From Candidatus Sumerlaeaceae bacterium (lineage in GTDB: Bacteria; Sumerlaeota; Sumerlaeia; Sumerlaeales; Sumerlaeaceae), in contig JBMFRB010000001.1 of NCBI GenBank assembly GCA_049968255.1, positions 224,001 to 288,000 of the forward strand: a stretch of DNA of 64,000 nt. The letters run 5' to 3'. Positions 1-9,598 of this stretch are shown here, one piece after another. Made by a program: the position numbers and the translations under genes. Below the pieces are notes generated by a model. It did no database searches. It was not told the DNA's origin and saw only the letters and a list, made by a program, of their open reading frames with translations. How positions within the stretch are numbered: position 1 is the first letter of the stretch; the number at the start of each line of letters is the position of its first letter.

Positions 1-7
1 CATCGAC

Positions 8-856
8 ATGAATCCTGGCCGCATTTTTCCGGAAGGTGGCCCAAAAACGTTTCAAGTGAAGGAAGGGGCAGGCGAGCGGCGGTGGGCTGACGAGCATTCA
101 GGGGTCATTGCCAATTGGGCTGAGTTCGAACGCTACGTCTGGCCAAAGCCGGAAGACGTCGATTATCGACGATTTGAAGAAGCCGAGGAATTGCTGCCCG
201 CGGAGATGGGCGTGATTGGGCAATATGGCGACATCTTCACGCTCGTATGGGAGCTAATGGGGTTCGAAAACTTCGCCATTGCCCTCTACGAGGATCCCAC
301 CCTCGTGGCTGCACTCTTCGAGAAAGTCGGTGCGATTGTCTATGACCTCTTCAAGAACATGGCCACGTTCGAGTGCGTGAAAGCGCTGTGGTTTACGGAC
401 GACATCGCTTATGCAGGTGGCTTGATAATCGCACCTGAATCTTATCGACAGTTTCTGTTTCCGTGGATGAAACGCATCGGGGATCTTTGCAAGAAACGAG
501 GGATTCCCTACCTTTATCACAGCGATGGGCTACTCTACGACGTCCTTGATGAGCTTTTGGCCCTGGGGATCAACGCTCTGCATCCCATTGAACCCAAATC
601 TATGGACATTGTGGTCGTGAAGCAACGCGGGCATGGCAAGCTGGCGGTGCTGGGACACATTGAAGTGGACACGCTGGCGCGTGGTACTCCCGAGGAAGTC
701 GAACAGCTCGTGCGCGACGCCATTCGGCGCGCAGCCCCCGGCGGCGGCTACGCGATCGGTTCGAGCAATTCTTTGCCGGAGTATTGCAAGTGGGAAAACT
801 ACGTCACAATGCTCCAAGCCGCACACCGATGGGGACAGTATCCGATTAGCGTTTGA
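8..856 (+). CDS. Uroporphyrinogen decarboxylase (URO-D)/MtaA-CmuA family protein, probably 5'-truncated by the window edge
   Basis: Motifs LMGFENF, WFTDDIAYAGGLI, YHSDG, LHPIEP and PGGGYAIGSSNSL typical of the URO-D-like TIM barrel. The frame is open back to the window start. Confidence 0.8.
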   Translation: MNPGRIFPEGGPKTFQVKEGAGERRWADEHSGVIANWAEFERYVWPKPEDVDYRRFEEAEELLPAEMGVIGQYGDIFTLVWELMGFENFAIALYEDPTLVAALFEKVGAIVYDLFKNMATFECVKALWFTDDIAYAGGLIIAPESYRQFLFPWMKRIGDLCKKRGIPYLYHSDGLLYDVLDELLALGINALHPIEPKSMDIVVVKQRGHGKLAVLGHIEVDTLARGTPEEVEQLVRDAIRRAAPGGGYAIGSSNSLPEYCKWENYVTMLQAAHRWGQYPISV

Positions 857-3218
857 CGTCGCGCTCCCAGCGGGGGTCCACTTCTTGCCATTTGCCATCA
901 GCCTTGGCTTGCTGAATCGTGCGCCAGACGCGCTCGGGTATGGCAGGAACGCGACGAATGGGGATCCCGATGGCGTCGTGAATGGCGCCTAGCACTGCAG
1001 GCGTGGCGCCAATAAGCGGCGGCTCGCCGACACCGTGGGCGCCAAAAGGTCCTGTTGGGTCTTGGTGCTCGACGATGACCGCTTCGATATTCGGCACATC
1101 GCGAACGCTGGGCAAAATGTAGTCGGTGAAACCTGCGTTGAGAATTCGGCCGTCGGTGCCATAAATCACTTCTTCCATTAACGCCATACCGATGCCTTGA
1201 GTCACACCGCCTTGAATCTGACCGACGACAAGCTCCGGATTGATAGCTTTGCCCACGTCGTGCGCAGCGATGTGACGTTCGATGCGTACCTCGCCTGTCT
1301 CTGTATCCACAAGCAGCTGGCAAATGTGCGATCCAAAAAGATAGGTGATGAAGGCACGCGGCGAAAGACCGTCCTCCTCACGCTCACGAACGGTTCGCGG
1401 CTTAAACAGAGCATGTGTTTCGAGCGACACGCCACGGCACCGCGCTTCGCGCAATAGTTCGTCAATACTCATGCGCTTCGATGGATCGCCAACTTTTGTC
1501 AGCAGACCATTGGCAATGTTGATCTCAAAAGGATGCACGCCAAAGTAGGTTTCCGCAACGTCGAGCAACCGCTCGCGCAGCTCATCACAGGCCAATTTCA
1601 CAGCGCTTCCTGTGAAGTAGGTCTGGCGTGTGGCGCTGGATGAGCCAGCTTCGGGCGTGAGATGCGTATCGGCGGCAAACACACGGACGCGCTCAGGCTC
1701 GAGGCCGAGCGCTTCGGCCGCGACCTGTACAACCATCGTGAGAAGCCCCTGACCAACCTCGACCGCACCTGTATAGACCTCGAGCTCATTGCGCTCGTTG
1801 AAGCGCACGCGAGCCCGCGATGCATCAGGGAACGCATCTCCGTAGCCAAGGCCGAAGCAAACCACGCTCACACCATAGCCGCGACGCAACCAGGGCGCAG
1901 GCGTGGCATAGGAGCGGCCTTCCCACACGCGCTGCGCCGCCCGCACGTCATCACCGACTGATGGATCTAGGGCCCGCGCGAACTGAAGCAGAGCCCGTTC
2001 CAGACACTCCCCTGCCGTGGCCTCGGTGATGATTTGGTTCGTGGTGATCGGTTCGCCGTGGGACAAGACGTTCCGGCGCCGAATCTCGATGCGATCCATT
2101 TGCAATTCTTGGGCGAGTCTGTCAAGCATGCCCTCATAGGCGATCGCCATTTGTGCGGCGCCGAATCCTCGCATGGCACCCGTGGGGTTGTTGTTCGTGT
2201 GAACGCCATAGACATCTGCCCAGATGTTTGGCACGCGATAAGGCCCTGTGCAGTGCGAGCTGGCTTTGCGCATCACGGCAATGCCTGTCGAGGCATACGC
2301 TCCTTCGTCGCTCCAAACCGTAACTTTTGCAGCCACAAGTCGGCCGTCACGCTTTGCACCCATCGTATAATGGATTCGCAGCGCATGACGCTTATGACGT
2401 GCCGCCATACTCTCGGCGCGGCTATAGCGCAGATAAACTTTTCGTCCGGGATGCTTCAGGGCTGCCAAACCGACAAAACACTGAATGGAGAGATCTTCGC
2501 GGCCACCGAATGCGCCGCCCGTTGCCGGCTGGATGATCCGGACCTTTTCGACGGGCAAGCCTAGGGCAAGAGCTACGAGCCGTCGTTCTTCGTGGACCCA
2601 CTGGCCACTCACCCAAATGGTAAGCATGTCGCCGTCGTACAGGGCGCAACCAGCTTCAAGGTCCAGAAAGGCATGGTCGACGGTTTGGGTTTCGATGGTG
2701 TCCTCAACAACGATGTCGCACTCTTCGCGTAGGGCGCGCTCAGCATCACCTTTACGGATACGCTTGCCGCCCATAAAGTTGCCATCTTCGTGAAGCTTCG
2801 GTGCGTCCGGGGAGAGCGCTTCTTCGAACGTGTGAATCGGCTTGAAAGGTTTGTACTCGACGCGGATCAGCCCTAATGCTTCCCGCGCAACGTCGTCCGT
2901 TTCGGCGACAACAATTGCTATGGGATCGCCCTTGTAACGTACTAGACCGTCGGCCAGCACTGGCTGATCGCGTCGGATGAGGCCGTGGCGATTCGTGCCG
3001 CCGACATCCTTGTGCGTGTAGACACCGAGCACTCCGGGCAGGGCAAGCGCAGCCGATGAGTCAATGGAAATGATCTGCGCAAACGCATGATCGGCGCGCA
3101 AAACTTTCACGTGGAGCATTCCCTTCTCGTAGAGGTCCCCGCCGTAGCGGATGGTGCCTGTGACTTTTTCCTCCGCGTCAATGCGTGTGATGGATTTGCC
3201 GACGACGCCCATGGCCAA
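846..3218 (-). CDS. Xanthine dehydrogenase family molybdopterin-binding subunit
   Basis: RIDAEEKVTG, GGAFGGRE, GAMRGFG, HDVGKAINP, GQIQGG, and GPFGAHGVGEPP (catalytic Glu); 790 aa. Confidence 0.92.
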   Translation of the reverse strand: MAMGVVGKSITRIDAEEKVTGTIRYGGDLYEKGMLHVKVLRADHAFAQIISIDSSAALALPGVLGVYTHKDVGGTNRHGLIRRDQPVLADGLVRYKGDPIAIVVAETDDVAREALGLIRVEYKPFKPIHTFEEALSPDAPKLHEDGNFMGGKRIRKGDAERALREECDIVVEDTIETQTVDHAFLDLEAGCALYDGDMLTIWVSGQWVHEERRLVALALGLPVEKVRIIQPATGGAFGGREDLSIQCFVGLAALKHPGRKVYLRYSRAESMAARHKRHALRIHYTMGAKRDGRLVAAKVTVWSDEGAYASTGIAVMRKASSHCTGPYRVPNIWADVYGVHTNNNPTGAMRGFGAAQMAIAYEGMLDRLAQELQMDRIEIRRRNVLSHGEPITTNQIITEATAGECLERALLQFARALDPSVGDDVRAAQRVWEGRSYATPAPWLRRGYGVSVVCFGLGYGDAFPDASRARVRFNERNELEVYTGAVEVGQGLLTMVVQVAAEALGLEPERVRVFAADTHLTPEAGSSSATRQTYFTGSAVKLACDELRERLLDVAETYFGVHPFEINIANGLLTKVGDPSKRMSIDELLREARCRGVSLETHALFKPRTVREREEDGLSPRAFITYLFGSHICQLLVDTETGEVRIERHIAAHDVGKAINPELVVGQIQGGVTQGIGMALMEEVIYGTDGRILNAGFTDYILPSVRDVPNIEAVIVEHQDPTGPFGAHGVGEPPLIGATPAVLGAIHDAIGIPIRRVPAIPERVWRTIQQAKADGKWQEVDPRWERDVKR

Positions 3219-3342
3219 CTCCTTTGTACGATTTGCCCCGATGCGAACTAGGGGATCATTTTCTTCGCTCTCTGGCCCCTAAACTTGCTAGTATGCCGTT
3301 GCGCATTGAGCGATGTCCACGAAATTTGAGCGACTCTGGCTG

Positions 3343-4134
3343 TTATGAGTTCTCTTCGATGCGGTGGTCCATCACTTTTGCCGGAGCTGGCACCGAAGTC
3401 TTGCCGACGACCCGGGCCGGCACACCAACGACCGTCGTATGCGGCGGCACGGGATGCAACACAACGCTGCCGCCACCGATTTTGGCTCCTTCGCCAATCT
3501 CAATGTTGCCGAGAATGATTGCGCCCGCACCAATGAGCACGCCGCGACGCACCTTGGGGTGACGGTCTCCCGTTTCCTTGCCCGTACCGCCCAAGGTGAC
3601 ACCGTGGAGCATCGAAACATCGTCCTCCACAACAGCCGTCTCGCCAATCACGATGCCTGTGGCATGATCCATAAGGATTCCTTTTCCGATGCGGGCTGCC
3701 GGATGGATGTCCACCCCAAAGATTTCCGAAATTCTACTTTGGAGTTGGAGGGCCAATGCCGTGCGCCCTTGTTGCCACAGATGATGCGCAATGCGGTAGG
3801 ATTGCAACGCGTGGTAGCCTTTGAAATAAAGGAAGGGAGTCGAGTAGCCACGGCACGCCGGGTCGCGGTCCTTCACTGCTTTGAGGTCTACGATACCTGC
3901 GTGTGCAAGTTCCGGATCGTCGCGATGGGCAGTGTAAATGACATCGCGAAGAGCAATAGCGTGGAGTGTGGGACTGGCAAGCTTGGAGGCAAGGTGGAAA
4001 CTCAGGGCCTCTTCGAAAGTTTTATGATTGAGAACGACAGCATGGAGAAAACTCGCCAGAATCGGCTCCCGTTCCGCATCCTCTTCGACTTCCTTGCGCA
4101 GGGCCGCCCAGATTTTCTTTTTCAGGTCAGACAT
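3343..4134 (-). CDS. cysE: Serine O-acetyltransferase
   Basis: RDPAC, FKGYHALQSYRIAH, VDIHPAARIG, DHATGIVIGET, GGTGKETGDRHPK, hexapeptide repeats. Confidence 0.96.
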   Translation of the reverse strand: MSDLKKKIWAALRKEVEEDAEREPILASFLHAVVLNHKTFEEALSFHLASKLASPTLHAIALRDVIYTAHRDDPELAHAGIVDLKAVKDRDPACRGYSTPFLYFKGYHALQSYRIAHHLWQQGRTALALQLQSRISEIFGVDIHPAARIGKGILMDHATGIVIGETAVVEDDVSMLHGVTLGGTGKETGDRHPKVRRGVLIGAGAIILGNIEIGEGAKIGGGSVVLHPVPPHTTVVGVPARVVGKTSVPAPAKVMDHRIEENS

Positions 4135-4278
4135 CTCGTGCTCCTTTGTTTTTTCGGCGTGCTATCGAGAATTAGTACCACGATTTACCTATTTTCTCGT
4201 TTTCGAGATAAGCCCGCATAGTTCATTTTCTCGAGGGGAGAGAGTTGGCCTGCAGTGAACTTCGAAACGGTGTGCTTG

Positions 4279-5025
4279 TCAAAATCGGAAATTCCACGAT
4301 CGCTGGGCGTATTTTTTTTCGACGAGCTCGAGCACGAGCTCTGTCGGCACGGTTGTGATCGGTTCCGCTGCTTGCCACGCGGCAGCGATAAGCGACCTCA
4401 GCTCATCCGCCGTTGCGTCGAGATTGGCCAAGAAATCGATGTGGGGACGCTTTTTCCGGTAGTCAGGTTCCTTGGCGGGATGCTGCACATACCGTTCGAC
4501 CAGACGAAAATCGAAGCAATAGAGCAAAGTGCCATGGAAAAGGATGTGGCGTTTTTTACGCCTTTGTGCCGTGCCGGAAATTTTGCGACCTGCTAAGGCC
4601 AAGTCGCTTGTACCACGCCACTCAATTGCCGGCCAGCGGCTGCTGAGAGCTGCGCACAAGCGTTCGACCACATAGCGGTTTGTGCCTGTAATGTCGGCGC
4701 ACATCGGTCGGTGAGCTAGATCCAAGACGAGGGTATAGTTGAGGCATCCAGGCCCCTGAAGCACGGTCCCGCCACCGCTGTCGCGACGAAGGATTGGAAT
4801 GTTATCGCGAAGGCAGTTCGCCAGGTGGACGTCTTCGTTTACCTTTCCGCCAGCGCCGAGCACGACGAAATACGTGCGGCTTTCCCAGAATCTTAGGACT
4901 TCGCTCGCGCAAAGTGAATTTCGGCCAGAAGGCCCAGGGCAATGCGCCTCGGCGTGCAAGAGCAATGCTTCGTCGAGCGCAAGGTTTTCTTCAGGAGTAT
5001 CGAGCGATAGGTCAAGAAGCTTCAC
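4279..5025 (-). CDS. Lipoate-protein ligase family protein (LplA/LipM-like catalytic domain only)
   Basis: NLALDEALL, RRDSGGGTV, KISGTAQ, HGTLL; divergent from the PDH genes. Confidence 0.88.
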   Translation of the reverse strand: MKLLDLSLDTPEENLALDEALLLHAEAHCPGPSGRNSLCASEVLRFWESRTYFVVLGAGGKVNEDVHLANCLRDNIPILRRDSGGGTVLQGPGCLNYTLVLDLAHRPMCADITGTNRYVVERLCAALSSRWPAIEWRGTSDLALAGRKISGTAQRRKKRHILFHGTLLYCFDFRLVERYVQHPAKEPDYRKKRPHIDFLANLDATADELRSLIAAAWQAAEPITTVPTELVLELVEKKYAQRSWNFRF

Positions 5026-5154
5026 GAGACGAAATTTGGACCGCTCCAGTGATGATTGCCACCCAAAAGGCGTACTTCAAATTGTCTTGGCATCTACGGG
5101 CGTATTCCATCAAACATCAACTATCGTTGAGAACGAACTATTGCGGAGGCAAGA

Positions 5155-7833
5155 GTGGACAACACCACGGTAGCAACTGAGTCGAGGCTGGAGCAGGCCG
5201 CCATTGAGGAGTGGCTGGAGGCTCTAAAGTACGAACTCGCTGCCGAAGGACCAGAACAGGTCGAGAAGATTCTCCGAGCCCTCACACATGCAGCGCACCT
5301 GTGGGGTGTAAGGATACCTTTCACCGCGAACACCCCTTACCTCAATACGATCCCCAAAGAGGCTGAACCTGCTTACCCGGGGAATCGAGCGATCGAGCGC
5401 CGAATCAAAAGCTACGTGCGCTGGAATGCTTTGGCCATGGTGGTGAAAGCAAACAGGCTTCATTCTGGGCTTGGTGGACACATCTCAACCTACCAGAGCG
5501 CGGCTACGCTTTACGAGGTTGGCTTCAACCATTTCTTCCGCGGGCGGCGTCCTGGTTTCGCCGGTGATATGGTTTTTTTCCAGGGTCATGCATCGCCGGG
5601 CATCTACGCTCGCGCCTACATCGAAGGGCGACTTACGGAGCAACAGTTGCACAACTTTCGGCGCGAGCTTCAAGATGGCGGAGGGTTGTCTTCCTATCCG
5701 CATCCTTGGCTCATGCCTGGCTTTTGGCAGTTCCCCACGGTCTCGATGGGCCTCGGTCCGATCATGGCCATTTATCATGCGCGCTTCAATCGTTACCTGT
5801 TCGATCGGCGCATTGTGGATACCAGCCAAACCAAAGTGTGGGCATTTCTCGGCGACGGCGAATGTGACGAACCCGAAACACTGGGTGCCATCACGTTGGC
5901 AGCGCGCGAGAAACTCGACAACCTGATCTTTGTCATCAACTGTAATCTCCAGCGGCTGGATGGCCCGGTGCGGGGTAACGGGAAGATCATCCAAGAGCTC
6001 GAAGCAGCATTTCGTGGTGCTGGCTGGAATGTGATTAAGGTGATTTGGGGGTCTGACTGGGACAAGCTGCTGGCACGCGACAAAAGTGGCTTGCTCATCA
6101 AGCGCATGGAGGAGTGCGTGGACGGCGAATATCAGCGCTTCTCGGTGGCCGACGGCGCTTACATTCGAAAGCATTTCTTCGGTAAATATCCAGAGCTTCT
6201 CGAACTCGTAAAAGATATGACAGACAAGGAGCTGGAAAACTTGCGACGTGGTGGATTGGACCCGCAGAAAGTTTACGCAGCTTACAAGGCGGCTGTGGAG
6301 CATAAGGGCCAGCCCACCGTGATTCTCGCCAAGACTGTCAAAGGCTATGGTCTAGGCGAGGCCGGAGAAGGTCGCAACATTTCGCACCAGCAGAAAAAAC
6401 TCAACGAGCAGGAGCTGCGCGAATTCCGTGACCGATTTAATATCCCTGTTCCCGACGAGGTCATTGACGATCTTCCCTTCCTGCGCTTGCAGCCGGGCAG
6501 TCCCGAAGAAACATACCTGAAAGAGCGGCGCAATGCGCTGGGAGGACATCTGCCGGCTCGAATCGTAACTGCGCCGCCGATGCCAATGCCGGATCTGGAT
6601 TACTTTGCTCCATTCCTGCTGGGCAGTGAAGGGCGCGAAGTGTCCACGACGATGGCGTTCGTGCGCATCTTCAGCCAGCTACTTAGCAACAAGCAGTTCG
6701 GTCGGTTCATCGTGCCGATTATTCCGGACGAAGCGCGGACTTTCGGTATGGAAGCTCTCTTCCGGCAGTACGGCATTTATTCCCACGTGGGTCAGCTTTA
6801 TGAACCGGTGGATCGGGAACAACTACTTTACTACCTGGAGAAAACCGACGGCCAGATTTTGGAAGAGGGCATAACCGAGGCCGGGGCGATGTCGAGCTTC
6901 ATCGCTGCCGGCACAGCGTATGCAAACTACGGCGTGACAATGATGCCGTTTTATATCTACTATTCGATGTTTGGCTTCCAGCGCATCGGTGATCTCATTT
7001 GGGCGGCTGCAGATATGCGGGTGCGGGGCTTCTTGCTCGGCGCGACAGCAGGACGAACAACGTTGAACGGCGAAGGATTGCAGCACCAAGACGGACACAG
7101 CCACGTCCTGGCCAGCACGGTGCCGAACCTCCAGTGCTACCATCCGGCATTCGCTTACGAGATCGCCATTATCCTTCAAGACGGAATGAAGCGGATGTTC
7201 GAAAAGCAGGAAGACGTCTTTTACTACCTAACGCTCGGCAACGAAAATTATGTGCATCCGCCGATGCCAGCGAACGTGGAGGAGGGCGTGCTGGAAGGTC
7301 TCTATAAGCTTCAGCCCGGCCCCGATGTGGGCAAACACAAAGCCCATCTTTTTGGCGATTTTAGCGCGCTTAACCTGGCGCTCGCTGCACAAAAAATACT
7401 GGCTGAAGACTACGGCGTGAGCGCCGATGTGTGGAGTGCGACGAGTTATAAACGACTGCGTTACGGCGCAATGGAAGCCGAGCGGTGGAATATGCTCCAT
7501 CCGACTGCGAAGACAAAAAAGAAAAGCTATCTTGAGCGCGTCCTGGAAAAGGAGGAAGGGCCGTTCGTCGCGGTGAGCGACAGCATGCGTATGGTGCCCG
7601 ACCAAATCGCTAAATGGGTGCCGGGCGGCCTTCTCTCGCTTGGCACGGACGGTTTCGGCCGCAGCGACACGCGCGAAGACCTACGCCGCTTTTTTGAGAT
7701 TGATCCGCCACACATTGTCGTGGCCGTGCTGTACAGCTTGGCGGAGCGTGGACAAATCAAGAAGTCGGTGGTTGCGAAAGCCATCAAAGACCTTGGCATT
7801 GATTCTGAGAAGGGCTTTTCGCTCTTTCTGTGA
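5155..7833 (+). CDS. aceE: Pyruvate dehydrogenase E1, homodimeric type
   Basis: GGHISTY, GLSSYPHPWLMP, TPP motif GDGECDEPE...NCNLQRLDGPV, EGLQHQDGHS, LGTDGFGRSD. Confidence 0.97.
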   Translation: MDNTTVATESRLEQAAIEEWLEALKYELAAEGPEQVEKILRALTHAAHLWGVRIPFTANTPYLNTIPKEAEPAYPGNRAIERRIKSYVRWNALAMVVKANRLHSGLGGHISTYQSAATLYEVGFNHFFRGRRPGFAGDMVFFQGHASPGIYARAYIEGRLTEQQLHNFRRELQDGGGLSSYPHPWLMPGFWQFPTVSMGLGPIMAIYHARFNRYLFDRRIVDTSQTKVWAFLGDGECDEPETLGAITLAAREKLDNLIFVINCNLQRLDGPVRGNGKIIQELEAAFRGAGWNVIKVIWGSDWDKLLARDKSGLLIKRMEECVDGEYQRFSVADGAYIRKHFFGKYPELLELVKDMTDKELENLRRGGLDPQKVYAAYKAAVEHKGQPTVILAKTVKGYGLGEAGEGRNISHQQKKLNEQELREFRDRFNIPVPDEVIDDLPFLRLQPGSPEETYLKERRNALGGHLPARIVTAPPMPMPDLDYFAPFLLGSEGREVSTTMAFVRIFSQLLSNKQFGRFIVPIIPDEARTFGMEALFRQYGIYSHVGQLYEPVDREQLLYYLEKTDGQILEEGITEAGAMSSFIAAGTAYANYGVTMMPFYIYYSMFGFQRIGDLIWAAADMRVRGFLLGATAGRTTLNGEGLQHQDGHSHVLASTVPNLQCYHPAFAYEIAIILQDGMKRMFEKQEDVFYYLTLGNENYVHPPMPANVEEGVLEGLYKLQPGPDVGKHKAHLFGDFSALNLALAAQKILAEDYGVSADVWSATSYKRLRYGAMEAERWNMLHPTAKTKKKSYLERVLEKEEGPFVAVSDSMRMVPDQIAKWVPGGLLSLGTDGFGRSDTREDLRRFFEIDPPHIVVAVLYSLAERGQIKKSVVAKAIKDLGIDSEKGFSLFL

Positions 7834-7889
7834 GCGAGCACCCGTGGCAACGCAGCCCTACGTTAGACGATACGAGGAGTAAGGATACG

Positions 7890-9530
7890 ATGGCAATCGA
7901 GGTGAAACTTCCAGCGTTGGCGGATGGCGTGGAGAAGGCCGACGTGCTGAACGTGTTGGTGAAAGAGGGCGACATCGTCCAAGTGGACGATCCCATCATA
8001 GAGTTGGAATCCGAAAAAGCGACCGTCGCGGTCCCTTCGCCAGCCGCTGGTCGCGTGAGTAAGGTGCTGGTCAAGGCCGGAGACAAAGTGCAAGTGGGCC
8101 AGGTGATTGCGGTGCTTGAAGAGGCCGAAACTGCGACAGCAGCGCAAACGCCAGAGACGCTTGTCGCGCCATCGTACGACGAGCCGTCGTTGCCACCGCC
8201 CCAGGTGGCAAAAACGAGAACCTTTGAGGTGAAACTGCCACAGCTTGCGGACGGTGTGGAAGCTGCCGACGTGCTCAATGTCCTCGTGAGGGAGGGCGAC
8301 ATAATCCAACCGGATGATCCTCTGATCGAGCTCGAATCAGAAAAGGCCACCGTAGCCGTTCCCTCTCTAACTGGCGGCAAGGTGGAGAAGCTGTTTGTGA
8401 AGGCGGGGGACAAAGTTCGCGTGGGCGAAACGATCGCGCTTATAGCGACGAGTGCAGAGGAAGGGGGAACTGCTGCCGAGGCGCAGGTCTCATCGCAAGA
8501 AAACCAGGAAGAAGCAGGGGGCGCAGCTTTGAAAACAACTGCTGCAACGCTCGTCCAGGCAGACACAGCTCCTCATGAACAGCCCGTGCAACCGCTTGCC
8601 CCGTCGGTGACTACAGATGAAGATTTCATCCCCGCTGGACCAGCGGTGCGCCGCATTGCGCGTGAGATTGGTCTGGATCTTCGGCGTGTCAAAGGCAGTG
8701 GGAAGAATGGCCGAATCCTCATCGAAGATCTTGACCCTTACATAGAGGAATACGTGCGAAAGCGTGGCGGTCAGCTGGCTGGTGGAGCTGGGGTCCCAGT
8801 ACCGGAACTTCCCGATTTCGCGAAATGGGGACCGATTCGCCGTGTGAAAATCGAGCCGCTAAGGCGAAAGATTTCCGAGCATCTGATACAGGCATGGCTC
8901 TCGATTCCGCACGTTCACCAGTTCCACGAGGCTGACATCACGGAGTTGCTAGCTTTGCAGAAACGCCACCGGGAACGCGTGAAGCAAATGGGCGCTTCGC
9001 TCACGCTTACCCCGTTCCTGATGAAAGCCGTTGTGATTGCTCTCAAGGAATTTCCGGAATTCAATGCGAGCTTCGATGTGCGCAACGAGGAGATTGTCTA
9101 TAAGGACTATTACCACATCGGGGTGGCAGTCGATACACCCGCGGGCCTCATCGTGCCGGTCATCCGAGATGTCGACAAGAAGACCATTGTGGAGCTCGCT
9201 CTAGAGCTGGCGGACGTTGCCCAGCGTACGCGCGACCGCAAGGTGACGCTGGAGGAGCTGCGCGGGGGAACATTTACGATTTCAAACTTGGGAAGTATCG
9301 GTGGCGGTTATTTCACACCAATTGTCAATTCGCCAGAGGTTGCAATCCTCGGCGTGGGACGCGCAGCGAAGCGCCTTGCTCTGATCGAGGGGCAGGTGGC
9401 TGAACGTTCGATTCTGCCCTTGTGCGTTGGTTATGATCATCGCCTCATCGATGGCGCGAAGGGCGCGCGCTTCGTCGTGCGGGTGGCTGAGGTTCTCGAG
9501 AACTTTGAGGCTACGTTCCTTGGATTCTGA
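7890..9530 (+). CDS. aceF: Dihydrolipoamide acetyltransferase E2 with two lipoyl domains
   Basis: Two ELESEKATVAVPS lipoyl domains, E3-binding AGPAVRRIARE..GSGKNGRI, catalytic DHRLIDGA. Start placed at ATG 7890 after a GAGGAG/AAGGA RBS. Confidence 0.95.
   Translation: MAIEVKLPALADGVEKADVLNVLVKEGDIVQVDDPIIELESEKATVAVPSPAAGRVSKVLVKAGDKVQVGQVIAVLEEAETATAAQTPETLVAPSYDEPSLPPPQVAKTRTFEVKLPQLADGVEAADVLNVLVREGDIIQPDDPLIELESEKATVAVPSLTGGKVEKLFVKAGDKVRVGETIALIATSAEEGGTAAEAQVSSQENQEEAGGAALKTTAATLVQADTAPHEQPVQPLAPSVTTDEDFIPAGPAVRRIAREIGLDLRRVKGSGKNGRILIEDLDPYIEEYVRKRGGQLAGGAGVPVPELPDFAKWGPIRRVKIEPLRRKISEHLIQAWLSIPHVHQFHEADITELLALQKRHRERVKQMGASLTLTPFLMKAVVIALKEFPEFNASFDVRNEEIVYKDYYHIGVAVDTPAGLIVPVIRDVDKKTIVELALELADVAQRTRDRKVTLEELRGGTFTISNLGSIGGGYFTPIVNSPEVAILGVGRAAKRLALIEGQVAERSILPLCVGYDHRLIDGAKGARFVVRVAEVLENFEATFLGF
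7898..8440 (+). repeat. Intragenic duplication encoding the two lipoyl domains of E2
   Basis: GAGGTGAAACT..CCA..GCGGA.GG.GTGGA at about 7900 and 8226; near-identical peptides. Boundaries approximate. Confidence 0.8.
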
Positions 9531-9598
9531 GTTCGCAGGCATATCACGGAGATAATCTCTTCTTGAGTGACCCGGCGGCGAGTATAGGGAAAGCAAGC

